A DNA stretch of 64,000 nt from an uncultured Gemmatimonadales bacterium (GCA_963707505.1 CAVPQB010000006.1:256001-320000), one strand, 5' to 3'; shown: positions 1-9,680, numbered from the stretch's first letter. The notes: a model not told the origin generated them from the letters alone. Translations and numbers: made by a program.

Positions 1-1
1 G

Positions 2-595
2 CGGGGATGGTCCGGCCTTGAACACTACGTTGGAATTCCCAGTACCGTTGGCGGCGCTGTATGGCAGAATCTGCACTTTCTCAGTCCAGCTCCTGAGCGA
101 GACCGGACGATGTTCATCGCGGAAGTGGTGGACTCGTGCGACATTCTGAGCGCGGCCGGTGATCGGCGTACCGTCGGCACGGAATACTTGCAGTTCGGGT
201 ACGACGACTCGGTGTTCCATCATCGTGCGGATTACGCTCTCGCCGTCACGTTCCAACTCGATAAAGGTGACCCGGCCGTAATGCACCGAATCATCCAGGA
301 AAATCTCAGCTGGCGCGGCGCCAGACATCCCTGGCTGCAGTTCCATCCATCAGCAGGCTCTATCTTCCGGAAGATCGAGGGGGTTGGAGCGGGACGTCTG
401 ATTGACCAGCTCGGTATGAAGGGACATCGTATAGGTGGTGCTCAGATCTCGCACATCCACGCCAACATCATGGTGAACCTTGGCGGTGCAACCGCACGCG
501 ACGTGCGCGAGCTGATCGCGCTCGCACAGCAGCGTGTGAAGGATGAGCTTGGCCATGAGCTCACACCCGAGATCGCATTCGTGGGCGAATTCTGA
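2..595 (+). CDS. murB: UDP-N-acetylenolpyruvoylglucosamine reductase, 5' part outside window
   Basis: Frame open from base 2: GLEHYVGIPSTVGGAVWQN, PSAGSIF, GGAQISHIHANIMVN, LTPEI motifs. Confidence 0.92.
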   Translation, partial: RGWSGLEHYVGIPSTVGGAVWQNLHFLSPAPERDRTMFIAEVVDSCDILSAAGDRRTVGTEYLQFGYDDSVFHHRADYALAVTFQLDKGDPAVMHRIIQENLSWRGARHPWLQFHPSAGSIFRKIEGVGAGRLIDQLGMKGHRIGGAQISHIHANIMVNLGGATARDVRELIALAQQRVKDELGHELTPEIAFVGEF

Positions 596-831
596 TGTCG
601 GCAGCAAAGGATGGGACAAACGATATCGTCGTCATTCGTACGTTCGCTGACGCCATTTCTGCGCACATCGCTCAGGCTGCGCTCGATGCGAACGACATCC
701 GCTCCATCATCGTCGGCGATGATGCGGGGGGTGCGTATCCGGCGCTGACATTCTCGAATGGAGTACGACTTGCCGTACAACATTCAGATGCAATGAAAGC
801 GCTTCGGTTACTCGACAAGGAGGACTCATGA
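595..831 (+). CDS. DUF2007-like small protein
   Basis: 78 aa, TGATG overlap with murB; AHIAQAALDANDIRSII..D and GVRLAV pattern. Confidence 0.7.
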   Translation: MSAAKDGTNDIVVIRTFADAISAHIAQAALDANDIRSIIVGDDAGGAYPALTFSNGVRLAVQHSDAMKALRLLDKEDS

Positions 832-977
832 TCCGCAAACTCAAATCAGGCGAGTACCGCCTGTACTCGAAAAAGACCGATCCAAAGACCGGGAAGCGAC
901 GTAATCTTGGTACCTTCAATACACGCGCAGCTGCCGAGAAGCACGAGCGCGACGTACAGTATTTCAAGCGGCACTAA
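828..977 (+). CDS. 49-aa basic hypothetical protein (not in ORF track)
   Basis: MIRKLKSGEYRLYSKKTDPKTGKRRNLGTFNTRAAAEKHERDVQYFKRH; ATGA overlap with upstream gene, AAGGAGG SD. Confidence 0.8.
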   Translation: MIRKLKSGEYRLYSKKTDPKTGKRRNLGTFNTRAAAEKHERDVQYFKRH

Positions 978-1013
978 CAATTTGAACGATCGTTCGATCG
1001 ACGAGGTTTAAGG

Positions 1014-1487
1014 ATGACCGCCAAGGCAACATTTGGTGCCGGATGCTTCTGGGGAACGCAGGCCACCTTCGAGAAGATTCCTGGCGTCACTGCCACGGCC
1101 GCAGGTTATGAAGGCGGGACGAAGCCCAATCCCACATATGAAGAAGTGTGCAGCCACGCCACCGGACACGCCGAAGTGGTTCAGGTCGACTTTGATCCGG
1201 CACTCGTGAGCTACAATACGCTGCTCGACGTCTTCTGGAACAATCACAACCCGACCAGCCTCAATCGCCAGGGCCCGGATGTGGGAACGCAGTACCGGTC
1301 GGTGATCTTCTATCACGACGAGGAGCAGAAGGAGCTGGCCGAACAGTCCAAACAGATCCTCTCCGAGAGTGGCCGGTTCAAGCAACCAATCGTCACGCAG
1401 ATAGTCCCGGCAGCCACCTTCTGGGTGGCCGAAGACTACCATCAGAGCTACCTGGAAAAGCGCGGTCTGGCGAGCTGCCACGTCTGA
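1014..1487 (+). CDS. msrA: Peptide methionine sulfoxide reductase A
   Basis: [33 protein letters not shown]. Confidence 0.96.
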   Translation: MTAKATFGAGCFWGTQATFEKIPGVTATAAGYEGGTKPNPTYEEVCSHATGHAEVVQVDFDPALVSYNTLLDVFWNNHNPTSLNRQGPDVGTQYRSVIFYHDEEQKELAEQSKQILSESGRFKQPIVTQIVPAATFWVAEDYHQSYLEKRGLASCHV

Positions 1488-1540
1488 GAGAGAGACCTCC
1501 TGTCATGTATCCCGAGAGAGCTCCTGAGTAATCTCCTCTG

Positions 1541-2362
1541 ATGCACGAGCCCGGGAACGGAGAGGATGCCGTTACACTCGTCCATCCATCAGGAGCTTCC
1601 GCTCGCATAACCCATCACGGCGCCCACGTCGTGAGCTGGGTCGATGCGAGCGGCAAGGAACGACTATATCTCAGTCCCAAGGCGCAGTTCGGACCCGGTC
1701 AGGCGATCCGTGGCGGTATTCCGGTAGTATTTCCGCAGTTTGCGACCGGTCCGCTCCCAAAACATGGCTTTCTCCGAACGCGTCGCTGGTCGCTGATCGC
1801 GCACGTCGGCTCCAGCGCCACCTTTCGGATAACCGACGATGATCAGACCAGAGCACTCTGGCCCTATCCGTTCATAGCTGAATTGACGGTAGAGCTGGCG
1901 GAAATGCTCACAGTCTCGCTCAGGATCACCAATTCCGGTGATTCGCGGTTTTCATTCACGGCGGCTCTCCATAACTATTTCGCGGTTGGCAACGTCCAAC
2001 ACTCGACGGTGCAGGGACTCACTGGCCTTGTCTATGTGGACAAGGTCTTGTCGGGTACCCGTTACGTCGAAGAAGCGAGCGAGCTTCGGGTGAACGGGGA
2101 AACTGACCGCATCTATATCTCCGGCCCTCGGCAGGTAACGCTCGCTTCAGCCATTGGCTCCAGCTCCACCGTGGTAGGGGCGGATGGGTTCGGTGATTGG
2201 GTAGTCTGGAATCCCTGGCGGGAAGGATCCGCGTCGTTGGCTGACATGGCCCCTGAGGACTACCTTGAGATGTTGTGCGTGGAAGCGGCACGGATCTCCG
2301 ATCCGGTGGTATTAGATGCCAGAGCCGCATGGTGCGGGACTGAGGTCATCGGCGCTACCTGA
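1541..2362 (+). CDS. D-hexose-6-phosphate mutarotase (aldose 1-epimerase family)
   Basis: AIRGGIPVVFPQF, KHGF, ALHNYF, VVWNPW, MLCVE. Confidence 0.9.
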   Translation: MHEPGNGEDAVTLVHPSGASARITHHGAHVVSWVDASGKERLYLSPKAQFGPGQAIRGGIPVVFPQFATGPLPKHGFLRTRRWSLIAHVGSSATFRITDDDQTRALWPYPFIAELTVELAEMLTVSLRITNSGDSRFSFTAALHNYFAVGNVQHSTVQGLTGLVYVDKVLSGTRYVEEASELRVNGETDRIYISGPRQVTLASAIGSSSTVVGADGFGDWVVWNPWREGSASLADMAPEDYLEMLCVEAARISDPVVLDARAAWCGTEVIGAT

Positions 2363-2388
2363 ACTAGCCAACTGGCTGGGATTCATAC

Positions 2389-3114
2389 ATGGTCATGCAT
2401 CCAACAAGAACGGACGCGACGGTGCTTGTCATCGACGACGAACCGGAAATTCGTCACGTCGTACACTCTGCGCTCCGCTCGACCGTCGCACGGGTACTCG
2501 ACGCGGCGGACGGACGTAGCGCACTCGCTACGGTCAAAGCACAGACACCGGATCTGATAGTTCTGGATCTCGGTCTTCCGGATCAATCCGGACTGGATCT
2601 CTGTCGAGCGATTCGAGCTCACTCGCTTGCGCCCATCGTCGTGCTCACAGCACGACACATCGAGTCCGACAAGGTCGCACTTCTGAACGCCGGCGCCGAT
2701 GACTATGTAACCAAGCCGTTCAGCACTTCCGAATTCGCCGCACGCGTTGCTGCGCAGATCCGACGCGCGCGAACCGCGCGCCCGGGCACCTCCGGCGCGG
2801 TCGAAGCCGACGGCATGTCGGTCAACTTCACCTCGCGTCACGCACACCGGGACGGCAAGCCGGTGCGGCTCACTCCAATCGAATGGGCGATCCTCCGCGC
2901 ACTTACCGCGGACCCGGGGCGCGTGTACACACATCAGCAGCTGTTCGATGCAGTCTGGGCCAGAGAGTTTGGCGACGCGCGACAATATTTACGCGTACAC
3001 ATAACCAACCTCCGTCGCAAGGTGGAGCGCGATCCCACTCATCCACGCGTCATCATCACCGAGCCTGGCGTCGGTTATCGATTCGGAACCCCGCTGGTGC
3101 AGGAATCGGCATAA
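2389..3114 (+). CDS. KdpE-like OmpR-family response regulator
   Basis: VIDDE, LDLGLPD, GADDYVTKPF, YLRVHITNLRRKVE, ITEPGVGYRF. Confidence 0.88.
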   Translation: MVMHPTRTDATVLVIDDEPEIRHVVHSALRSTVARVLDAADGRSALATVKAQTPDLIVLDLGLPDQSGLDLCRAIRAHSLAPIVVLTARHIESDKVALLNAGADDYVTKPFSTSEFAARVAAQIRRARTARPGTSGAVEADGMSVNFTSRHAHRDGKPVRLTPIEWAILRALTADPGRVYTHQQLFDAVWAREFGDARQYLRVHITNLRRKVERDPTHPRVIITEPGVGYRFGTPLVQESA

Positions 3115-3131
3115 CGGTCAAAGTGGAGCGC

Positions 3132-4244
3132 ATGGCGCAGCTTCGCCCGAGCGCGACGATATCGGTCGTGCTGTGGTACGGTTTGCTAATACTTGTAACG
3201 GTCGTCATGCACCTGACTCGCGAAACCCAGCAGAGTCAGGCGCACGTCGTCCTCACCTACCTGCTCGTCGTACTCGGCGGCAGCCTGAGCGGCGGCCGGC
3301 CGCTCGGATTCACGCTCGCGGCCGCGGCGACGATTCTCATATCGTATTACTTCCAGCCGCCCTTCGACACTTTCTCGCTCACCAAACCGATCGACGCCGT
3401 GGTTCTTTCGGCATTCTTCGCCACGGCCGGAACCACGACGTATCTGCTCGTACGTGCGCAGGAAGAAGCCGCGCAGGCACGCGCGCGCGCCGAAGAGGTC
3501 GAGCTCTTGTCGAACGAAGCAAGCCACGCGGAAGCATTGCGTGAGACTGCGCGTTTCAAGGACGTATTGCTCGCTTCTGTATCGCACGACCTTCGCACCC
3601 CGCTCACCAGCATCAAGGCGCTCGCGCAGGATGCGGCGGATTCCGGTGATGCGAACGCTGCCATCATCGTTGCACAGACCGAGCGACTGAGCAAGATGGT
3701 AGCGCATTTGCTGGACATGTCACGCCTGAATGCGGGCGAGTTTCCGGTCAGCATCGAGCTCAATACCGCCGAGGATCTCGTTGGCGCCGCGGTGCTCGAA
3801 ATGACCGGATCGAATGGCGCCGACCGCATACGTGTCGAGATCGACTACACAGCACCTGTGCTCATCGGCATGTTCGATTTTGTGGAATCGCTCAGAGTTC
3901 TTGTGAATCTCCTCGACAACGCGCTGGTCTATTCTCCTCCGACGGCGCCGGTCGATCTGTCCGCCACACGTGTTGGCGATTGGCTGCAGCTGAGTGTAGC
4001 AGATCGCGGTCCTGGCGTTCCCATGGCGGATTCCGAGCGAATATTCGAGCCATTCTACCGTCACATGTCCACTGCGAATGCGGTACACGGTACCGGCCTC
4101 GGGCTCGCCATCTCCAAATCGCTGGCAGAGGCGCAGGGCGGCCAGTTGATCTACTCCGAACGAAGTGGCGGCGGTAGCGTCTTCACGCTCCGGCTCCGCG
4201 CGGTAGGCGCTGCTGACCCTGGAGAACTGCCCGTGGAACAATAG
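3132..4244 (+). CDS. KdpD-like short sensor histidine kinase (membrane domain + HisKA + HATPase)
   Basis: About 4 TM segments with YFQPPFDTF, SVSHDLRTPL, NLLDNA, DRGPG, GTGLGL; start moved from the ORF-track 2883 to ATG 3132 after the response regulator stop. Confidence 0.85.
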   Translation: MAQLRPSATISVVLWYGLLILVTVVMHLTRETQQSQAHVVLTYLLVVLGGSLSGGRPLGFTLAAAATILISYYFQPPFDTFSLTKPIDAVVLSAFFATAGTTTYLLVRAQEEAAQARARAEEVELLSNEASHAEALRETARFKDVLLASVSHDLRTPLTSIKALAQDAADSGDANAAIIVAQTERLSKMVAHLLDMSRLNAGEFPVSIELNTAEDLVGAAVLEMTGSNGADRIRVEIDYTAPVLIGMFDFVESLRVLVNLLDNALVYSPPTAPVDLSATRVGDWLQLSVADRGPGVPMADSERIFEPFYRHMSTANAVHGTGLGLAISKSLAEAQGGQLIYSERSGGGSVFTLRLRAVGAADPGELPVEQ

Positions 4245-4326
4245 CTGCACATTGCCCGGCAGCGCCCGATCCAGTTCCGATGTATTCTTCGTAACCGGCT
4301 TCCTCCCATCAACCACATCCAATAGC

Positions 4327-4698
4327 ATGGCTCACTCACCGGCATTTCTCGCGTTGATTGACTCGGTACATTCATCCGTCCCCGATGTCACCGTTGAGCA
4401 TACGCGAGCGCGACTGCGCGCCAACCCCGATCTCAAATTCGTGGATGTTCGCGAAGACAGCGAGTGGGCCGCAGGTCATGCGTCCGGCGCAATCCACATT
4501 GGAAAGGGCGTCATCGAACGCGACATCGAAGAGAAGATACCAGACAGGAACGCAGAGTTGATTCTCTATTGCGGTGGCGGCTTTCGATCGGTCCTGGCCG
4601 CCGACGCACTCAAGAAGATGGGTTACACCAACGTTTCGTCGATGGCTGGCGGATGGCGCGAATGGAAGGTGGTCGGAGCACCGACTGAACAGCCCTGA
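4327..4698 (+). CDS. Rhodanese-like sulfurtransferase
   Basis: DVREDSEWAAGH, YCGGGFRS, MAGGWREW. Confidence 0.9.
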   Translation: MAHSPAFLALIDSVHSSVPDVTVEHTRARLRANPDLKFVDVREDSEWAAGHASGAIHIGKGVIERDIEEKIPDRNAELILYCGGGFRSVLAADALKKMGYTNVSSMAGGWREWKVVGAPTEQP

Positions 4699-4813
4699 AC
4701 AGCCCTGAGCAACTGCAGAAAAAATCGTTCAGATGCCGAGGTGATCAGACCGATCACCTCGCTATATTGATGGGCCGCTCGACCCATCCTCCGCGTTTCG
4801 CTCCATTAATTCC

Positions 4814-5857
4814 GTGATTCTAACAGCCTTGCTCGCTGCCGTATCGCTCGGCAGCACTTCAATCAGCACCGCGCGCGTCTATTCCATTGACGCTTCGTTC
4901 CTTGCGACGGCATCGTTTCAGGCCTCTGCACAGACATCTACAAAAACCTCCGACTCGACGCATAGCCACAAGGCTCGCACGAAGAGATCCAAGGCGTCGA
5001 GGAGTCATTCAGCAACCGACACGGTTCCAAGTAAGAAGGTCCCACCTCAACCAGCGTTCACGGTTACGCCCTTACCGAATTCACTGCTTCCAAAAAATCG
5101 GATCGTCGTGTACTACGGTAATCCGCTCTCCAAAAAGATGGGCGTGCTCGGCGAGTACCCCGAGCCAGTCATGCTGGCGAAGCTGCAGCAGGAGGTTCAT
5201 AACTTCCAGGTCGCTGATCCTGCAACACCAGTGAAGCCTGGGCTCCATCTCATTGTCTCTGTCGCACAGGGGTCGCCGGGCAAGAATGGCACATACCGCT
5301 TGCGCATGACCGATTCATTGATCGACCACTGGTGCAAGCTCGCCGAGAGCAAGGGATATCTGATCTTCCTGGACGTGCAAGTCGGTCACAGCACGGTCCA
5401 GTCCGAGCTTCAGCCACTGATGCCGTATCTCAAACGACCGTACGTGCATCTTGCGCTCGACCCGGAGTTTTCGATGCACCATGGATCAGAAGGAGTCGTT
5501 CCGGGACGTAAGGTGGGAGTGATGGACGCCGCAGAGATCAACTACGCTATAAAGACTCTGGCCGATATCGTCAAACAGAACAATCTCCCGCCCAAGGTGC
5601 TGGTAGTTCACCGCTATACGCAGAAGATGGTCACCAACTACCGGGAGATCCGGCCCGTACCCGAAGTTCAGGTTGTGATGAACATGGACGGCTTTGGTCC
5701 GCCATGGCTCAAGCGTGATTCATACGACGCTTATGAACGTATGCAGCCGGTTCAGTACACCGGATTCAAGCTCTTCTATAAGAACGACAAGCCGATGCTG
5801 ACGCGCGAAGAGGTAGTGAAGCTCAAGCCATCGCCACTCTTTATCACGTTCCAGTAG
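4814..5857 (+). CDS. Secreted conserved hypothetical protein
   Basis: Signal-like N-terminus, Ser/Thr/Lys-rich linker, globular domain (YYGNP, LDPEF, MDGFG, GFKLFY). Confidence 0.75.
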   Translation: MILTALLAAVSLGSTSISTARVYSIDASFLATASFQASAQTSTKTSDSTHSHKARTKRSKASRSHSATDTVPSKKVPPQPAFTVTPLPNSLLPKNRIVVYYGNPLSKKMGVLGEYPEPVMLAKLQQEVHNFQVADPATPVKPGLHLIVSVAQGSPGKNGTYRLRMTDSLIDHWCKLAESKGYLIFLDVQVGHSTVQSELQPLMPYLKRPYVHLALDPEFSMHHGSEGVVPGRKVGVMDAAEINYAIKTLADIVKQNNLPPKVLVVHRYTQKMVTNYREIRPVPEVQVVMNMDGFGPPWLKRDSYDAYERMQPVQYTGFKLFYKNDKPMLTREEVVKLKPSPLFITFQ

Positions 5858-5892
5858 AAGTCGATCCAGCTCTGGAACGAGTGTCCGCATTG

Positions 5893-5924
5893 AATAGGGC
5901 GCCCAACGAGGCGCCCTATTTCTT
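5893..5924 (+). terminator. Intrinsic terminator
   Basis: aatagggcgcc-caacga-ggcgccctatt followed by tctt. Confidence 0.75.
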
Positions 5925-5983
5925 CGTACAATCTTAGCATCTGCTTCACCTTACAGTCCTGAAAACCTGCTAAACGAGGCTCC

Positions 5984-7576
5984 ATGACCAGCAGACGAGA
6001 CTTCCTGAAAACCGCCGCGATTGGCGCCGTCGCGGCAGCCGGCACTTCCCGGATCGCCAGAGCCGAGTCACTACTGAATCCGTGGAGCAGTGACACGGGC
6101 GATCCGATGGCCAATGAGGTCGCGCTCGCCGCAATTCAGGCTGCCAAGGACGCCGGCGCATCCTATTCAGATGCGCGGGTCGGACGCTATCGCCGTCAGT
6201 TCGTTGCAGCACGCGAGCACCAGATTACCGGCGTCAACGATTCGGAATCGTTCGGAATCGGCGTGCGCGCGCTCGTCAACGGTGCATGGGGATTTGCCGC
6301 GACGCGCGACGTATCGCGTGAGGGAGCGGTCCGCGTCGCGCAACAGGCCGTTAAAGTTGCGCGTGCAGCCAGAGCGGTTACACACACGCCAGTCGTGCTC
6401 GCACCGACGCCCGCTGTCAAGGGTTCCTGGCGCACACCGGTACAACAGGACCCGATCGACGTTCCGATCGAGGACAAGGTCGCGCTTCTGCTGGCCGCCA
6501 ATGAAGCAGCCCTCAAGATTCCCGGAGTTCGTTTCGCCAATTCCGGTCTCGCTCTTCTCCGTGAAGAAAAGACACTCGCCACAACCGATGGAACGCTCAT
6601 CACGCAGACGTTCGTGCGCGTTGGTCCGTCGTTCACGGTAACAGCGATTGGCGACGGTGATTTTCAATCCTATACAGAAGAGATGGCGCCACGCGGCTCC
6701 GGCTGGGAATACGTCACGTCACTCGACATGGTCGGCAACGCGCCCAAGTGGGCAGCGATTGCAGCTGAAAAGCTCACTGCGAAATCAGTGGATGTCGGCC
6801 GTTACGATCTAATTCTCGATCCCACGAACCTCTGGCTCACCATTCACGAATCAGTTGGTCATCCAACCGAGCTCGATCGTGCGCGTGGATATGAAGCCAA
6901 CTACGCAGGAACTAGTTTCGTAGCGCCACCGGAAAAGATGATCGGCAAACTCAAGTACGGTTCGCGATTGATGAATATCCAGGCCGATCGCACACAGCAG
7001 GATTCTCTCAGCCGATGCGCATGGGACGACGAGGGTGTTGCAGCCGAATCCTGGCTTCTGATCAAGGATGGAATGTTCCATGACTATCAGACAGTACGCG
7101 ATCAGGCTCCGGCAATTGCATCGCTCAACGGAGTGAATCACTCGCACGGCTGCTCCTTCGCCGATTCATGGGATACCGTTCAGTTCCAGCGCATGCCGAA
7201 CGTATCGCTCCTTCCTGGCGAACACGACACCACCATCGACGACATAATCGCCGACACGGATCGAGGAATCGTCATCAAGAACCGCGGATCGTGGTCGATC
7301 GACCAGCAACGCTACAACTTCCAGTTCTCCGGACAGGTCTTCTACGAAGTCAGGAAGGGCAAGGTCACCGGAATGCTGAAGGATGTCGCCTACCAGGCGC
7401 GCACCCCGGACTTCTGGGGCTCCATGGACATGATCGGTGGAAAGCGATCGTACTGGCTTGGCGGCACGTTCTCCGACGGAAAGGGCGAGCCCGGACAGTC
7501 GAGCTCGGTCAGTCATGGATGTGTGCCGGCAAGATTTCGACAGGTGAACATCATCAACACAGCGAGGAGCGTCTGA
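5984..7576 (+). CDS. tldD: TldD-family metalloprotease with twin-arginine signal
   Basis: SRRDFLK Tat motif; IHESVGHPTELDR; DDEG; RMPN; GKGEPGQ. Confidence 0.88.
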   Translation: MTSRRDFLKTAAIGAVAAAGTSRIARAESLLNPWSSDTGDPMANEVALAAIQAAKDAGASYSDARVGRYRRQFVAAREHQITGVNDSESFGIGVRALVNGAWGFAATRDVSREGAVRVAQQAVKVARAARAVTHTPVVLAPTPAVKGSWRTPVQQDPIDVPIEDKVALLLAANEAALKIPGVRFANSGLALLREEKTLATTDGTLITQTFVRVGPSFTVTAIGDGDFQSYTEEMAPRGSGWEYVTSLDMVGNAPKWAAIAAEKLTAKSVDVGRYDLILDPTNLWLTIHESVGHPTELDRARGYEANYAGTSFVAPPEKMIGKLKYGSRLMNIQADRTQQDSLSRCAWDDEGVAAESWLLIKDGMFHDYQTVRDQAPAIASLNGVNHSHGCSFADSWDTVQFQRMPNVSLLPGEHDTTIDDIIADTDRGIVIKNRGSWSIDQQRYNFQFSGQVFYEVRKGKVTGMLKDVAYQARTPDFWGSMDMIGGKRSYWLGGTFSDGKGEPGQSSSVSHGCVPARFRQVNIINTARSV

Positions 7577-8952
7577 TGGCTGATACCCTCATGACCCGCG
7601 ACGCGATGCAGACGCTCGCGAAACGTATTCTCGCAATGAGCAGCGCGGACGAGACCCGCGTCAACATAAGCAGCGATGCCGCGGGCAACACGCGCTTCGC
7701 AGCCGGCGACATAACCACGAGCGGCGACACCGAAGACACCGTCATATCTATCACGAGTACCGTTGGTGGCCGCCGTGCATCGTCCACGACCAATCTGATG
7801 GACGACGCGTCGCTCAAGCGCGCTGTGGATACCGCCGAGCGACTCGCCAAACTTTCACCGCAGGACCCCGAGCTCGTTCCGGAGCTCGGGCCACAACAGT
7901 ACCAGAACGTAAACGCGAGCAACACGGACGTATCCGATCTCAACGCTGCATCACGCGCTCACGCGGTAGAGCAACTCATTACCGCTGCACGCGCGCCAGG
8001 CGGCGCAATGCCAATAGATCCAGCAACTCTCTTCGTTGCTGGATTTCTTGAGGCCAGAAGCGGAGCGCGCGGCGTTGCCACGTCGAAAGGTCTGTTCGCA
8101 TATCACGCAAGCACCGACGTCTCACTGTCATGCACGGCCAGAACGCCCGACGGTACTGGTTCAGGTTACGCGTCTGCAGGTGGCCGCGCCTGGACCGCAG
8201 TCGACCCTGGCGCGCTCGGCAGGCGCGCAGCACAGAAAGCGCTGGCATCACGCAATCCCGTCGCCATAGAGCCCGGTCGCTACACCGTCATCCTCGAGCC
8301 GCGCGCAGTTGCTGACTTCATCCCCGGTCTCATGGGCTCGCTCAATGCGCGCTCTGCCGACGAAGGCCGCAGCGCATTCTCGAAGAAGGGCGGTGGCACG
8401 AAACTCGGCGAGAAGATCGTGGATGAGCGCATCACGATGCTCTCCGATCCGTTCGACCCCGATCTGCTCGGCCAGCCATTCGACGGTGATGGCCTACCGC
8501 TCAAGCGTGTCGTCTGGATCGAGAACGGTGTCCTCAAGAACCTCGCGTATTCACGCTTCTGGGCCACAAAGAAGGGTGTGGAACCGACAGGCGGTGGCGG
8601 CGGTGGATTCGGTCGCAACCCTGCTGGACTTAAGCTGGCTGGCGGAACAAAGTCGGTCGACGAGCTCATCGCCGGAACAGATCGCGGCGTTCTCGTCACC
8701 CACTTCTTCTACATACGCTCGCTCGACCAACGGACAGTTCTCCTGACAGGACTCACACGTGACGGCACGTTTCTCATCGAGAACGGCAAGATCACCAAGA
8801 GCATCAAGAATTTCCGCTGGAACGACAGTCCGCTTCTGTCGCTCGCGCGACTCGCTGATATCGGCAAGGCGGAGCCAGTCGAGGCAGGCCTCGTAATGCC
8901 ATCGTTGAAGATCAACGATTTCACATTCTCGTCGCTCTCCGACGCCGTATAG
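7576..8952 (+). CDS. TldE/PmbA-family partner subunit
   Basis: TGATG coupling to tldD; TRFA, PGRYTVILEP, FDGDG, TGLTRDG; no HExxxH. Confidence 0.85.
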   Translation: MADTLMTRDAMQTLAKRILAMSSADETRVNISSDAAGNTRFAAGDITTSGDTEDTVISITSTVGGRRASSTTNLMDDASLKRAVDTAERLAKLSPQDPELVPELGPQQYQNVNASNTDVSDLNAASRAHAVEQLITAARAPGGAMPIDPATLFVAGFLEARSGARGVATSKGLFAYHASTDVSLSCTARTPDGTGSGYASAGGRAWTAVDPGALGRRAAQKALASRNPVAIEPGRYTVILEPRAVADFIPGLMGSLNARSADEGRSAFSKKGGGTKLGEKIVDERITMLSDPFDPDLLGQPFDGDGLPLKRVVWIENGVLKNLAYSRFWATKKGVEPTGGGGGGFGRNPAGLKLAGGTKSVDELIAGTDRGVLVTHFFYIRSLDQRTVLLTGLTRDGTFLIENGKITKSIKNFRWNDSPLLSLARLADIGKAEPVEAGLVMPSLKINDFTFSSLSDAV

Positions 8953-9118
8953 GGGGTCAGGTCTTGCGCCGTGCGCCGCTCCCGGTGATTGCAGCGTTCC
9001 GGTATACCACGCATTGATTTGACCCGCGATGGCGGAACACTTTGTATCCATTACTCGCGCGTGAGCCGGATCATGAGCAACGCAGAGTATCGACGCGCAC
9101 GGGGCAAGACCTGACCCC
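8953..9118. repeat. REPIN/MITE-like element with 23-bp terminal inverted repeats
   Basis: ggggtcaggtcttgcgccgtgcg (8953-8975) vs cgcacggggcaagacctgacccc (9096-9118), 1 mismatch. Confidence 0.7.
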
Positions 9119-9123
9119 AATTC

Positions 9124-9160
9124 AAAACCCCCGCACGGACACCGTCCGTGCGGGGGTTTT
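9124..9160. terminator. Bidirectional intrinsic terminator
   Basis: aaaacccccgcacggac-acc-gtccgtgcgggggtttt between convergent genes. Confidence 0.85.
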
Positions 9161-9582
9161 CATTTCTCCGGCGTCTTTTCCGATCGCGGCCGCACCGCAA
9201 GATCCGCGGCCAGCCACACGATCCGAGACATCGGATACAACAAAATCGGAAGAATGATCATCGCTGCCACGAGTCCGTACTGAAGTAAATCCCACGGCAC
9301 ACGTGGGTACGTCAGCACCAGTACTCCCCAGAACCCGACAGCGAAGATGATGAAACACAACGTAATGTTGAGCAGCATCCCGCCGATGTAGTAATCGCTT
9401 TCCTCACCTCGCTCGAGCGCAATTCCGCACTTCGGACAATGCTCTCGCAGATGGAACCAGTCCTTCAACACCGGCCGGCCGCCGCAATTGGGACATCTGA
9501 GGATCAACGCTCGACCGACCATCCGGGCAACGGTACGAAATCCCGGCCAGGACAACCCTTCCGACTCAGTCATTTGTGACAA
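9160..9582 (-). CDS. DUF983-family membrane protein with two CxxC motifs
   Basis: RCPNCG, HCPKCG, two TM helices. Confidence 0.8.
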   Translation of the reverse strand: MSQMTESEGLSWPGFRTVARMVGRALILRCPNCGGRPVLKDWFHLREHCPKCGIALERGEESDYYIGGMLLNITLCFIIFAVGFWGVLVLTYPRVPWDLLQYGLVAAMIILPILLYPMSRIVWLAADLAVRPRSEKTPEK

Positions 9583-9624
9583 CGCTCACGTAGTGTAGAT
9601 ACGTCTAATGCTAACATCCGGCCG

Positions 9625-9658
9625 CGATGGATCTGGCCGCATGCGGCCAGATCCATCG
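9625..9658. repeat. Perfect 34-bp palindrome
   Basis: cgatggatctggccgca|tgcggccagatccatcg. Confidence 0.9.
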
Positions 9659-9680
9659 AGCCTACCGCCGTACGATATCA

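Noticed and set aside
2883..3131. N-terminal extension of the histidine kinase
   Set aside because: Overlaps the response regulator; Arg-rich off-frame composition
4685..4761. 10-bp duplication at the rhodanese stop and hairpin cgaggtgatc-agacc-gatcacctcg
   Set aside because: Consistent with a slippage duplication and an ordinary terminator/operator; nothing further supportable
7168..7575. 136-aa N-terminal extension of TldE in the ORF track
   Set aside because: Overlaps tldD out of frame; the real start is the coupled ATG 7576 with a gaggag SD
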